A stretch of DNA of 64,000 nucleotides from Antedon mediterranea (GCF_964355755.1 NC_092674.1:9610001-9674000); one strand, 5' to 3'; shown: positions 49,301-62,464, numbered from the stretch's first letter. Numbers and translations: made by a program. The notes: generated from the letters alone by a model not told the origin.

Positions 49301-50900
49301 CACCAATCTCCCAATCGAGTTCAGCCAGCGAATCTGTATATTGTCCACCCTTTGTTTGATTCGTGGATCGTCTGCCAGCGAAATGTGGAATGTGTGGATG
49401 AAGGGATGAGTAAAAAAGAAAAAATGGTGTTTCGTTACAAGCAAATTCTTGTATCCAACTTCTGGCTGCTCTTACTTGTCGCTCTGCTAAAGTCGTCAAG
49501 TCTAGAGGTTGCTCAATTATGTCATTTTCCAGCATCAAAGGGCAAGGAACAGAATCATTCTTCATGTCGAAGTCACATTCTATATCTGGGTAAAAGCACG
49601 CACTAGAAAAACAACTTTCATGGCTGTATGGGAGTCCAAAAAAATGATCAAAGCCTTGATTTAAAGGTAGATATTCTTTGGACAGTCCAACACCTAAGTG
49701 CCATTTTCCGATGATGGCAGATTTGTAGCCTTGGGTTGCTAGCATTTCTGGAATAGTTGTCTCATTTAGTGGAAGTCCAAGAGTTGCGTCTGTTGAAAAA
49801 ACTGACATTGCACTTTTATTCCAAATTCCACTACGAACTGGATAACGACCCGTCAGCAAACCAGCCCTGCAATACATTAACAAGTATCATAGGCACATTT
49901 CGTAATACATCATTCGTATGTATCACATGTGATGTTTGTATCACGGAAAGTTGTATTAAAGGGTAAGTATGTTAGTTATTATTATAGAGCGTCGCGTATG
50001 AAACACACGTTACAGTATATCATGGAATTTGCATATGATACTGGACAAATTTAGATACAGTGCCAGGAATCGACTAGAACGCCAGCGTTGTGATTATATC
50101 AATATTATATTTTATTCGTCATAAAACCTCTTTTCCATTAGCGAATATATTTGCACGAATCAAACATTCCTAAGTTATGGTTGCGTATTTGTTCATGTCA
50201 CAAAAAGTATATGAAAATATTAATACGCATGTGCATTAGTGAACACATTATATTCGCGCGAATAAATTCGTCTTGTGAAAAACGGGCTTAATGGTGATGA
50301 ATGGTGTTAAACCTCGTCGTGTTTTATGTACTTACATTATACACGTATGCACCTAACGTTTACCAACCAAATAATTCATGCTATAAAGTATTTTTACTAA
50401 ATGATTGTCCACTACAACGTTAGTGGTTAATGTTACATAAGTGGTTGATGTTTGTTGATTGTTAATGGGTGATACAAGGCCTGGCGTACCAAATGCCGTA
50501 ACATAAGGTACAAACTATTGTTACAATGATTCAATCCCAGACTATCTTTGCAGTCTCATTAAAAATGTGTTTCATTATTATATAGCGCTTAATCTTGGTT
50601 CACATGATGCAACGTAACAACGTTATCGTTCAATATTATGTTACAGTATCAAAGAATTGCCTACCTTGAAGGGCTACAGATTGGACTAGCACTGTACATT
50701 TGTGTAAACTTCAACCCCGATCTCTCCAATTCATCGATATTAGGAGTCATCGATAGCGGATTACCGTAACTTTGTAGGTCAGCGTATCCCATGTCGTCAG
50801 CAAGGAAGATTACAATATTAGGTTTCTCTGTATGACATTTACTGCTATTTAGTAGAATTAACAGTAAATATATCGACTCCATTCTCAGTTGTAACTTCAT
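43314..50900 (-). CDS. ARSA: Arylsulfatase A-like, copy 1: complement(join(43314..43757,43925..44183,49231..49866,50665..50900)), ~524 aa
   Basis: Signal peptide, [18 protein letters not shown]|[37 protein letters not shown], and the ARSA-type Cys-rich tail [15 protein letters not shown]. Family-level call; orthology not tested. Confidence 0.92.
44401..45698 (-). mobile_element. HINE family 2 copy with nested MITEs
   Basis: Reverse complement of the 22421-23228 body; ends ...CACGCGACTAAAAA. Nested hairpin insert at ~44762-44970 and a MITE at 45431-45629. Confidence 0.75.
45431..45629. mobile_element. PIF/Harbinger-like MITE
   Basis: TIR AGCGTGGTTCC(A)ACTAG / CTAGTGGGAACCACGCT with a 3-bp TTA TSD (45428-30, 45630-32). 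Confidence 0.75.
45713..48867. mobile_element. ~3.15-kb non-autonomous DNA transposon with 4-bp TSD
   Basis: TIR CAGTGGGAAAGCCA / TGGCTGTCCCACTG and TSD AATG (45709-12, 48868-71). Removing it restores the LINE motif RRLQWYGHMLR. Confidence 0.8.
48868..49170 (+). mobile_element. Degenerate RTE-type LINE 3' fragment with a 42-bp tandem duplication
   Basis: [11 protein letters not shown]...ARRPRGR pattern. GACGAGAGGCGTTACTAAATAGTTGAAAGCGTCATGCCGCAA occurs twice at ~49019-49103. Confidence 0.6.
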
Positions 50901-51151
50901 GTTACTTCATAGGAATAGGAATATAGAGAAATGTTTTTATTGTAATAATGCTGTGAATTGTAATTAATTGCTACCAGCAATACAACAATGATAATAATGA
51001 ACGATTAAAGTATCTGTTTAGATTTAAATAATAACAATGACAAATTATTTATTAATAAATACTATAGATTAAATTTTCCTGGTATGCTCAACTTTTATGG
51101 TTTTACTTATTGTTATCAGACATTATACGTCTATATATAAATTATGATTAA

Positions 51152-52350
51152 CTAGATGGTTCTCGAATACACATTAATTTCAGCGTAAAAAATGTACGTA
51201 CCGCAGGACTATAGTACATTGTCGTTTACAGAAAACGAATAAAATAGACACGATGATTTATGTAAAATTAGCACCCTGGAAATTAGGCCTTGTCTTAAAA
51301 ATGAGTCCATTTTTTTAATTTGAACTCATTTAAACAAACCAAATTTGTGTTTTGTATATAACATTAAAGTTGAGGGATGGGGAAGAGGATGGGAAGAACA
51401 ATTTTTAAATATATTCTCTATCACTCAGTAACGAAATACTGTTTTAAATGTTTTATAGGCCTATCAATAATATACCACTAAACACAGTAAAACATTTACG
51501 ATTTATAATACTTTTTTAAAACTGTTCCTGTTATAGTCGATTGAAATAGTAAAGTACATGTAACGATACACCACTACGACGTTTATATTTTTTATAATTA
51601 TTAATTAATACAAACGTTGAGAAGCAACTGTCAGTAATCTACCCACAGTCACAGTAATAAATGTTCTTTGTATATTTTGTTTATATATCTAACAGTAACC
51701 ACATTCACAGTAAGACAATTTCGATTCAAATGGCGACCAAAAATGGTACAGTATTTACAATATTGTCAAAGTATTGCAATACTATATAATTATATAAGTT
51801 TTATTCTCCAAGGGCCCATAAATTTACCTACTTGTGTTAAACCAAGGGCTCATAAATTTACCTACAAACTGGGAGTCTGATAGATTGGAATGTTCCATTC
51901 ATCGCAAATCAATACATTTCTATAAACGTATATTAAATCTATCAAAATAGTATTTTTTAAAGAAAATCGGCCTGTCTTTAACATTATGATACTGTACTCG
52001 AGCTGTTCAACCGGTTTTCAGGTATTAAAAACAATTATCGTAGGAGGAGATAGGAAAATGCGAAGTATCCTCGTATTATTGTGTGCAGGTATTTTTCATG
52101 AGGACATCCATTAGACAGTGTATACCACGATTGAAAAACACCCCTATTTGGGGCAAATCGTTGAACCTAAATTCGTTTTAATTGTCAATAACTAATTATC
52201 TAACTACATTTAATTAGTAAACAGGGTTACATCAGGTGGTTAAAATCAGTACCGAGATTCTAACCAACTTTATATACCATGGAGTAAACATTCTAGATAT
52301 AATAACGCGCGATTTACCGAATTTTGCCCTTACGTAAATTTATATATAGA
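51152..52350 (-). mobile_element. Non-autonomous Helitron, left copy
   Basis: On minus: A|TCTATATATAAATTTACG...GAACCATCTAG|T. Lacks the subterminal hairpin of the right copy. Confidence 0.7.
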
Positions 52351-53383
52351 TTCTGACATAGGCGAGCACATTGGAAAAACTTCGGGACCAATCTCTGCCT
52401 TGGAAACCTACCTGATCTATCTGAGATGTACCACGAAATGTAAATTTGATAACATTAGTTTTCACTATGACAATATTGTTCCATATTTCTATCATAGGAA
52501 GATATTATAAAGAGTTTTACAACACAATTTCTGATTTCATCGGTAGATTTTCAAATCAATTTCAATTGTACGCGGTCAAAATAATTTCCGGGTTCACAAT
52601 GAGTTTACGAGTTCACCTTGCAACTACCTGGTTTCAACTAAGTTGGCCGTTAGTTGCTATGCCATTTTAGTTTTTTTGTTTATTTTCGGATCGGACCTCG
52701 CGTGTGCAAATTAATAAAGATCAAAGTAAATATACGCCATAAGGCATCGGAATATATTGTGGGGAATAGTATTATACAACTACATAGGGGAGATCTGATG
52801 ATAAGACATTTTGTTTAAAATCAAGTGAAATCGCGATAGCCGAGTTTTATTGAGTAGCTGGCAGGAATACATGTAGGCTATCTGTGTCACAATAGGACCG
52901 GTATCTCTACCTATGTTGCAAGCCGTCTAAAACGTCTTCTTGGGCCGAAACGGTCCACTCTGTAGCGGAAGTTGTTTGAAGGATGTTAAATAATGTATTA
53001 ATTATTAGGATGGTATTTATTTGAAAAATACCTCCCCAACGAAACATTAATTTGAATAATAATCGACTCCACCCCCAACCCAACTATCTAATAAACGCAA
53101 TTCACATTTATACACACAATGTTGTATTACATTGATAATAACACAATTATACTATTTGTACACTATACTTTAAACTGTTATTAATCATTTAAGACACTGT
53201 GACACAGAGTACGTTTAGTTTTACGAATGTCAAGCATTTTTAATGAAGGTAACCGACAGAAAACGTACAAGGAGAACGTCCTTCTAAATTCTAATAATGG
53301 CATGTGCAGAATCACATTCATGTGGTCTGCGCATGCTACCTCAATACATTTTCGTAAAATGGCGTAATATAATGATGACATAA

Positions 53384-54595
53384 TCTATATATAAATTTAC
53401 GTAAAGGCAAAATTCGGTAAATCGCGCCTTACTTTTAGAATTTTTACTCGATGGTATGTAAAGTTGGTTCGTACTTTCGGTACTGATTTTAACCACCTGA
53501 TGTAACCCTCTAATTAAATTAAGTTAGATAATTAGTTATTGACGATTAAAACGAATTTAGGTTCAACGATTTGCCCCAGATAGGGGTGTTTTCCGATCGT
53601 GGTATACACTGTCTAATGGATGTCCATCTTGAAAAATACCCGCCACAAAAATGCGAGGAGGCTTCGCATTTTCCTATCTCCTCCTACGATAATTGTTTTT
53701 AATAGCTGTAAACCGGTTGAACAGCTCGAGTACAGTATCATAATGTTGAAGACAGGCCCATTTTCTTAAAAAAATACTATTTTGATATAGATTTAATATA
53801 CGTTTATACAAATGTATTGATTTGCGATGAATGGAACATTCCAATCTCTTATGTCGTTCCACAAGTGTCTATTCCCTCAGGCGTCGTAAAGGAAAGTACT
53901 GTATACTCATAACAGAAATTCGATCCATTTTTTTTTTCAATCTGTGCTGCAGAGGTTGGATATAATTTTTTTTAAACGGATAATGAGCTAGCGTTTTCAG
54001 TCGCCGTAATTTAATATTTATTACCGATTAAATCGAATTTATGATTTGCCCCGAATAGAGGTGGTTTTCACAAATTGTTTAACATTATATATAAACATAC
54101 GTCGTAGTGTATCGTTACATGTACTGTACTATTTCAATAGACTACGACGGTGATAGTTTCAACTCAAGTATTACATCGCAATGTTTTACTGTGTTTAGTG
54201 GTATATTATTTGTAAAACATGTTAATTAATATTTCGTTACAAAATAAAGAATATATTTAAAAATTGTTCCTCTTTGCACCCATCCTTTTCCCCATCTCTC
54301 AACCATAATGTTACATACAAAACACAAATTAAGTTTGTTTAAATTTGACTTAAACAATTGGTCTCATTTTGTGACAACTTTCTCTTTCGGAAGTAATTCC
54401 CAGTGTGCTAATTTTAGTTGAGTACATAAATCACAGTGTCTATTTAATCGTTCCTGTAAACGACATATATTATTGTCTCTGCATTATTGTACATTTGAAA
54501 TCGCCAGTTTTTTAACGCTGAAATTACTGTGTATTCGAGAACCATCTGTGGGCACGACCTAGATGGTACGCGAGCGAAGCGAGCGTACCATCTAG
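53384..54595 (+). mobile_element. Non-autonomous Helitron, right copy
   Basis: A|TC 5' end, 3' hairpin CTAGATGGTACGC..GCGAAGC..GCGTACCATCTAG, and CTAG|T end. Reverse-complement similar to 51152-52350. Confidence 0.8.
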
Positions 54596-54644
54596 TAATA
54601 ATAATAATAATAATAACAATAATAATAACAATAATAACAATAAC

Positions 54645-54681
<37 letters not shown>

Positions 54682-54990
54682 TTTATTCGCCAAAGTTCTA
54701 AAAAGTACGTTTTACAATTCATCTTGCCGGGAGCAAGTAATAGGCATGAGCCCAAACAGAAAACTGCTCTTACTCCATCATTATTATAAAATACAAAAAT
54801 AACAAAACTAAGTAGTACAAATTAAGTAAAAACAAAACAAAGTTATAATGAGATACACAAATAAGCTGCATTGAATAAACAATATAAACAATTACAACTT
54901 AATATTTTGAGATCAAATGTTTGGTGAGTTGGGCTTTAAAGTCTGAAATTGTAGCACATTGTTTAATTGGGAAGTTGCTCCCATAATCTA
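54596..54990 (-). mobile_element. (AAT)n microsatellite tail plus L2/CR1 3' remnant
   Basis: (AAT/AAC)n at 54597-54680. Minus-strand remnant ..IKQCATISDFKAQLTKHLISKY* near 54900-54970. Confidence 0.55.
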
Positions 54991-56068
54991 GAAAAAATAA
55001 CAAACGATGAATTTAAAAATGTATTGGGCTTAGCCTTCTAATGTATTAACCGCCCTTCACGCCTCTCACAGAATCACTCGAATGTATCCAGTCGATATGC
55101 ACAGAATTATATTACCTCAATATAATTAAATAAGTTGATATTTTGGTCCTTTTTAAAATTTCGAAAAATGTACATGAGGTGCAGAACAACATAATCTGTT
55201 TCTGCACAGGATCAACACATAATTCAACATTTGGGCCATTTTACAAAATTTCTCCCTGTAGGCCTACATGGATTTTTTTTTAAATTGCCAAAATATCAAC
55301 TTTAAAAAAATATGATATGCTATAAAATGATAAATAATTATTATATTGATATGCGCAGAACAGGTTATGTGATTCTCTATATGTCACATTATAAATATTA
55401 GATTCAGGGAAGCATGTAATAAAATTAAAAATATACCTATTACAAACAATAAGGTCTTAAATATGACGTCTAAACAATTATATAGACTCATAATAGATTC
55501 TTAATATATTACACCAACGGCACAGGTTAAGTGGGAATCCATATTTGGCAATCTGCCATAGAAAAAAATATGGGTTAAGAAAGGTTCTGTGTACTTAAGC
55601 CCATGGAATCAGGACTGGAGAAAGTCTGATCATTTTGTTGGTCTTGTGTGGGGTTCGTCTCACTTTCATGATACAATGAAAGATATTTTTTTTCTCTTTT
55701 CTTTCTAAATGTTACAGTGTTAGAAGTACTGTAGTTACAATAAATAATATTTGCTTGATCTCGTCATAAACCACATTTAATTTAAATATATAAATAACAA
55801 AATTGCTATAAAAATACGATAACAATTTAACAAAATCGTACTCTTATGAAAAGGGGTTATTGTCCTAATACGTCATTTCCGGTAGTTAGTTAACAAGGTT
55901 TTATAAATTGTCAATTCAATAAATTTTCTATTAGATCCAAGCAAAATGCACTTCGTTCGTCAACAACAACGAAAGCGACGACGACAACGAAAATGTTTTT
56001 ATTTCTATTTAATTTTATTTTGGTACTTTGAAAGTACTTGAAGAATATGAAGTTTAAAAAAGGCATCT

Positions 56069-56692
56069 AATTTTTAGCCATAATTTATGGCCAAGAATCG
56101 TTGTGGTTATGTTTTTACGGTGCGCAATCAAACATTACGGGGTCTACGCACGATTTAACGAAATCACGTTTGTAATCATATCTTCAAAAGCATGAATCAC
56201 AATTAAATAAAATTTGGTACTCATAAATTTCAGGTCATATTTCATCATATTGCAATACAATTACGCGCGCAGCGCAAATAACGCATGCGTACGTGCGCTT
56301 AAAATTGTCAAAATTTATTTTCGATGAAATTAGAGTACGTTTCAGGCAATTTTAAGCGTTTAAAAATTGCCATGAGTGCGCAGATTTTCGCACGCGCAAT
56401 GTGCGCGTTAAACCTTATTATGCAATTTTTTGTCCGATTTCTGTTTTACAACATTTCTTTAATAATATCATTAAGAATCTCCATGTAGGGCTTTCTCTTT
56501 CCAGCCCTTGGTTTTCTCCTCTTACCACCTCTTCTGATAATCTATAAGAGTTCCTTTTTCATCTAACACCTTCTCCTCTATAGCAAATTGCAGCATCCAC
56601 TGCAGTATTTTTCGGTTGGTCGGATGGTTGGTCGGTCGGTTGGTTGGTCGGTAAACACTAACTCAAATTTGAGCAAGCGACTGCAGCCTTGA
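56069..56692 (+). mobile_element. HINE family 2 partial copy
   Basis: Body matches 22615-22980; tail GGTCGGTAAACACTAACTCAAATTTGAGCAAGCGACTGCAGCC. Confidence 0.7.
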
Positions 56693-57305
56693 TATAATTG
56701 ATTTTAAAGAATTATTTATGATTTACCAGTTCTTTTAAATTGTTCTCTTCTTCCTTAAATTGAAGTAGTAGACATAAAGCACTGTCCTTGGTACTCCATG
56801 TGTACATTGTAACGGTTCCAAATAAGATTTATCAATACAAACACGTTTTCATCTTTAGATAAATATAATAAAAAAAATTCAATCGACCCAACACAAATTT
56901 CTTACAAATGATAGAGTGGTAAACTGTATCAAACGGTATGCTTCTTTAATAATGAGATACATCGCATATTGTAAGGTTACTGTGTAAATATTCATATTTG
57001 AATATGAGTGCTGAAATAACTGGGTAGGTAAGAGACCTTGTAGTAATTATTCTTTTCATATACCTCTAACCTAGCATGCTACTAAATTTATATTTCGTTA
57101 ACATATAGTATAGGTCTACCAGCTAAGGCCTAAGTATATATAAACACATCAGCCATAGAACAATATTATTATACATAACTTTAATAATTCATTTATCTTT
57201 GATAACTAAAATTCATTTTGGTAGCATCAGTATTGTAAATAGTATTTCACGAGTTGGAAACAAAATCTGTATTGAGATTTCCAGTAGTAGGCTACATGGA
57301 AAAAA

Positions 57306-60300
57306 ATGTTGACTACAACAATACTATGCCTACTCACTCTAGAATACAGTGTAGCTTATACAGATAAACCTAATGTTGTAATCTTTCTTGCTGACGACAT
57401 GGGATACGCTGACCTACAAAGTTACGGTAATCCGCTATCGATGACTCCAAATATAGATAAATTGGAGAGATCGGGGTTGAAGTTTACACAAATGTACAGT
57501 GCTAGTCCATTATGTAGCGCTTCAAGGTAAGAATTAACAGAAACATTAGGCCCTAGCAATTTAAGTGTAAATAAGTTTTTGTACAACACTGTGTATCTTG
57601 TTTTGAGAAAACATTCATGTGAGTCAATATGCAAGTTTGCCCATATTGTATAGAATTATGCAGTAGTACGATTATGTGAGCTATTTAGGCTAATCTGTCC
57701 GTTGTTATGTGTTTTATTTTTCAACTAGTATCCTGTAATCAAGTCTTTGTATCCCACAATAATATAATCGAATTTCGATCAAATACTGATTCAAATAAGA
57801 ATGTTAATTAATTATTCCAATATATCCTTCAATTTGTAATGTCTATAGTATTAAATAATAGGGCTGGACTACTAACTGGGCGTTATCCTGTTCGCACTGG
57901 AGTTTGGAACACCGATCCGGATGGCGTTGCCGTCTTTACGCCAAAATCTATTCTTGGACTACCATTAAACGAGACAACTATTCCTGAAATGCTAGCCACC
58001 CAAGGCTACAAATCTGCCATCATCGGAAAATGGCACTTAGGTGTTGGACTGTCCAAACAATATCTACCTTTAAATCAAGGCTTTGATCATTTTTTTGGAC
58101 TCCCATACAGCCATGAAAGTTGTTTTTGTAGTCCGTGCTTTTACCCAGATATAGAATGTGACTTCGACATGTACAATGCTTCTTTTCCTTGCCCTTTGAT
58201 GCTGGAAAATGACATAATTGAGCAACCTCTAGACTTGACAACTTTAGCCGAGCGACAAGTAAGAGCAGCCAGAAGTTGGATACAAGAATTTGCTTGTAAC
58301 GAAACGCCATTTTTTCTTTATTATTCATCCCTTCATCCACATATTCCACAATTCGCGGGCAGACGATACATAAATCAAACAAAGGGCGGTAAATATACAG
58401 ATTCACTGGCTGAACTCGATTGGGAGATTGGCGAGGTGATGGACGAGTTAAGAAAAAATGATCTCATAAAAAACACATTGGTATTGTTCACATCAGATAA
58501 TGGGTAAGACGATTTGTTATTTGTTATTTTCTGTAGTTAAAGACCGGTTTGCACTGAACATTATGAACCAAAGTTCTCTGTGTTAATAAATAAATCGAAG
58601 TTCATTAACGATTAAGTGTTAACCCTTCGATTCACATTTTTCTGGGCGTAAATATATCCATACATGTTCCAATTGTTTATTTATAAGACTCCAATCTGAA
58701 ACATCACGTGATTGCGGGGCGCCCTCGCAATCATCTTTTGACAGCGTGAGCATCTCATCCTCTTCACCTCACGCTGTCAACAGATTACCACGAATAATTT
58801 TTACTTTTACATTTTACCAGTTCCTTTTATCCTCCTACACTGATAGGATTTGTGTCAACACACAATATACTTTGACTGGAATTTATCTCACACCTTATCT
58901 TACCCCCATTTTTCGAATTTTCGTACTTTATTGTAATTATGTTGTCTGGTTGTGTCTTAGGCCACTAATCAGAAACATATGCATTTAACTCAATACTAAA
59001 ACAGTTATTTAAAAATAATAGATCTGCCACCTTTTTGGCGAACCCTTAAAATGGAAAAAGATGCCCTAATATGGTATTTACTGTGTTGATGTTTTGGTGT
59101 ATCATCACTACAGTAAATATACTGTGTGTATCTTAAATATAAAATAACTGTAATTTAGCCCTTACTTAAAAGAAAAATCCAGAGGAAATGCAGTCGTAGA
59201 AATATGTTGACTCAAAAAATCAAAAGGCTGTGCTCATATCCAAGTTATTTGGAAAATCTCGCCATCCTTATTTGTCAAGAGAAGTTATTGTTAACATAAT
59301 CAAAATGTTTTATACTGTAGTAGTATTGTGCAAGCTAACTCGCATTCTAGATATCACAATTTTATTTTAAAAATTACTACTACAACTTTGATTTAAAAAT
59401 AAACTTGCACCGATGACAGTTGTATTACTATGGACAAAGACCTGTTTCAAACTGGCAAACTGGTGGAAGTCGGACTCCCTTAGCAATTTTAGCTTGATTC
59501 AATCGGTTTACAAGTAAATCAATATAGTCATGTCGAAAAACGTAATTGATAGGATACTAAATAATTATAAACTATATTGTAATTACAATTCCGGCCTTGT
59601 TTAATTCACCTAATAATAATTGTACGTGTCTACAGTAGGCCTATATCCAAAAAAATTACACGATTTATACGAATTAACTTGGGTTTACTAGTAAGTTACT
59701 GTGTTTTAGGATTGATTACTACCTCAGCCTCACCATGGTTGGGACCGCCCAGCACCAAAAAATCTGAGTACCAGATTATCTTCAGAAGGTTAAAAATAGA
59801 CCACGGCGTAACGTTTAAAAAAGAATGGTGTTTATGTAAGGCTTATTTCTTATTTCAAGGGAGGATTTTAGGAGAATCGTACATGGAAAATTAAAAATAT
59901 CTCCTGGTAAAGTAGACATGGGTTCCCGTTTATTACGCATACTGTGTAGTGTAGCCTACAAAGTTACGTGCGAAGATAACAATTACATTCCTCTATAGGA
60001 TTGATGGTTCCTGTACAAAAGAATTATTTTAAAAAGATGTGTTGTATCATCAAGGTTATTACAACGCCGGCCTTGCTTAATTCACCTAATAATAATTGTT
60101 TTGAACAATTTTAGAATTGCACTCTCACTTTAATCAATGTTGCCCATCCAGATGAACTTGTGTGTTTAGGCAATTGTTTAGAACATCAGCCCAAACACAA
60201 CCAGTTTAACATGTTCTTCCAGTCTAAAGCAGTTAATTATTTCTTTCACAGCATTGCCGTAGTGGTAATGTTAACACCAATATTAATGTCAACGCGGTAA

Positions 60301-62464
60301 AATGTCATATACCTGTAGGTCCAAATCTGTTATTTTTAAATAACTCTTAGAATTAATGCATATTAAACATGGATAGAAAGTAGTACTTCATCATTTTCCA
60401 TTACTTTCGTGTTTCTACGATCTATAGTTTAAGAGTTCTGAGGAATCTGACTTTTTCTGAGGTTAAATGTCAAATTTAAATGGCCTTAAATTTTAAAAGT
60501 TGCGAATTTTCGATTTTATGCTTCTAACCAAATTTGAAGTATCCAGCCGTTTTTTGTGACCATATTTAATGAGGGTGATCCATCCAGCAATTGCTGATCA
60601 TTAGGGACCCTCAGAAAGAGGTTCACAAGACAAACATATACACAAGATCTACATAAACAAAGTCTTATTACAAGTCTTTGGGAGTGGAGTTGTAATTTTG
60701 TCCTTAGAAAAAATCCTGACATGTGACGGGACTTGAACCCGGGACCCTTGGAGTGGTAGCCAAGCATCATAACCACCAAGCCTCCACTCCGCTCCAAAAC
60801 CTCAGCGGGACTTGAACCAGCGAACTGTGAGAAGCTGGATACATAACCATTACACCAAACTCTCATCCACATTACACTAAAATCTCATTTGAAAGCTAAG
60901 GAACCCCACTAATATGAAACGGGCATCAGTATCATCATTGTTGTACTCGCACTATAAGTTGAAGTTTCGAATTTGATCAGTTATATTTATTTATTTTTAT
61001 TTTTTAAAAAACACGCTTTTTATGTATTCATTTATTATGTTGAACACTCCATTTCGTTTCCACAGGCCTGATAAGTACTCACACACACAGGGAGGGTTTT
61101 CAGGATCAATGAGATGTGGAAAGTTTTGCACATTTGATGGTGGATCACGTGTACCCGCAGTTGCGTCATGGCCTGGTCATATCAAACAAGGTGTTTCAAT
61201 GGAGCTTCTAAGTCATCTAGATATTTGGCCGACTTTAAGAAGATTAAGTGGTACTCCCATGGATTATTTCGACATTATTCTTGATGGCTATGATATTAGT
61301 GATGTTTTATTCAACGGTGTAAAGGTGAGGTTAATCATCGCGAAATAACTTATTCTCCATGGTTTACGCTATATTTTACTAAATATAAAATACGTAGATA
61401 CGCTTTATCAGAAAATCGCATTTATCCCTTTCTTATTGTAATAATTCTCATAATATAATCATAAATAATAATATTGGGATAATGTCACTGAAACTGTTTC
61501 ACATTAAAAGAGCGAATTTTCACTCTTTAAAATGTGGTTAAAATTGTATGATGATATCGTTTTAGCGCTTCTAAAATCTTTAACAAGAGTAAGGCTAACC
61601 CTTTAATACTGTTCCTCCTCCACGAAACATCATTAAGGATGTGATCAACATTATTTTACATTAAGAAAGATTTCAAAAACCTAGCAGTTCTGACTGGAAG
61701 AGTAAAAGTATTAATATTTTTTTATAACTATCGCTTTCAGGTTTTAGATAAACAGAACGTAAACGCACTTAAATGGATTTCAGTATTGAATTATTTATTT
61801 TATAATGTGAATTGTGTTTCTCTTTTCATTGTAAATATAAATTTTGAATTTTACTATGTTTTTAATAATATATATATATACATTTTTTTAAACCAAAAAT
61901 TCGGGCTGCATGTTTGTTTTATAAACCTGAATAAATAAATACATTTTTGTTAAATGTACAGTATATATTGGGTCTTCGTAATTAAAATATGCTATGTTTA
62001 CGTATTATATTTCACAGAGTCCACGAGAATCTCTTTTGTATTACAACTACATGCCCGACCCAGAGACAGGACCTTATGCGATTCGAAACAACCGTTTCAA
62101 AGCACTTTTTATTACAGAAAATATATTCGGAACCGATCCAAATGATTTGGACCCAATGTGCCGGTCTGGTAATGCCACTGAAATTCATGAACGACCACTT
62201 ATTTATGATCTACTTGTTGATCCAGAAGAAAGATTTGACATTGCGAGCAACTCGGCATTGGTGACTGAAATGATGGTTAAATTGATGAACAAAGAATCAA
62301 AAGTCTTATTTGGACCAAGTGTTTTAGCTCAAGTAAATTCAACAGTAAAACTGTGTTGTTTATCAAGTTGTGAACCATTTCCAGAATGTTGTCAGTGTCC
62401 TTCTATTTATAGCTTAGATTTATTCCCTATCCAAAATGTATGCAGAGAAGGAAGAAAAGAGTAA
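57306..62464 (+). CDS. ARSA: Arylsulfatase A-like, copy 2: join(57306..57526,57862..58503,61066..61324,62018..62464), ~522 aa
   Basis: Signal peptide, [18 protein letters not shown]|[29 protein letters not shown] and the Cys-rich tail CCLSSCEPFPECCQC. Same intron positions as copy 1. Confidence 0.92.
60722..60862 (-). mobile_element. Two tandem degenerate tRNA-like (SINE-type) heads
   Basis: Minus strand: TGGTGTAATGG..GGTTCAAGTCCCG, then TGGTGGTTATG..GGGTTCAAGTCCCG. Cloverleaves are broken. Confidence 0.5.

Noticed and set aside
54444-54789. Poly-Ile ORFs on both strands
   Set aside because: These are translations of the (AAT)n microsatellite.
59590-60100. Direct repeat CCGGCCTTG.TTAATTCACCTAATAATAATTGT as element termini
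   Set aside because: It is a ~32-bp duplication with no TSD or internal coding features, so it cannot be classified.
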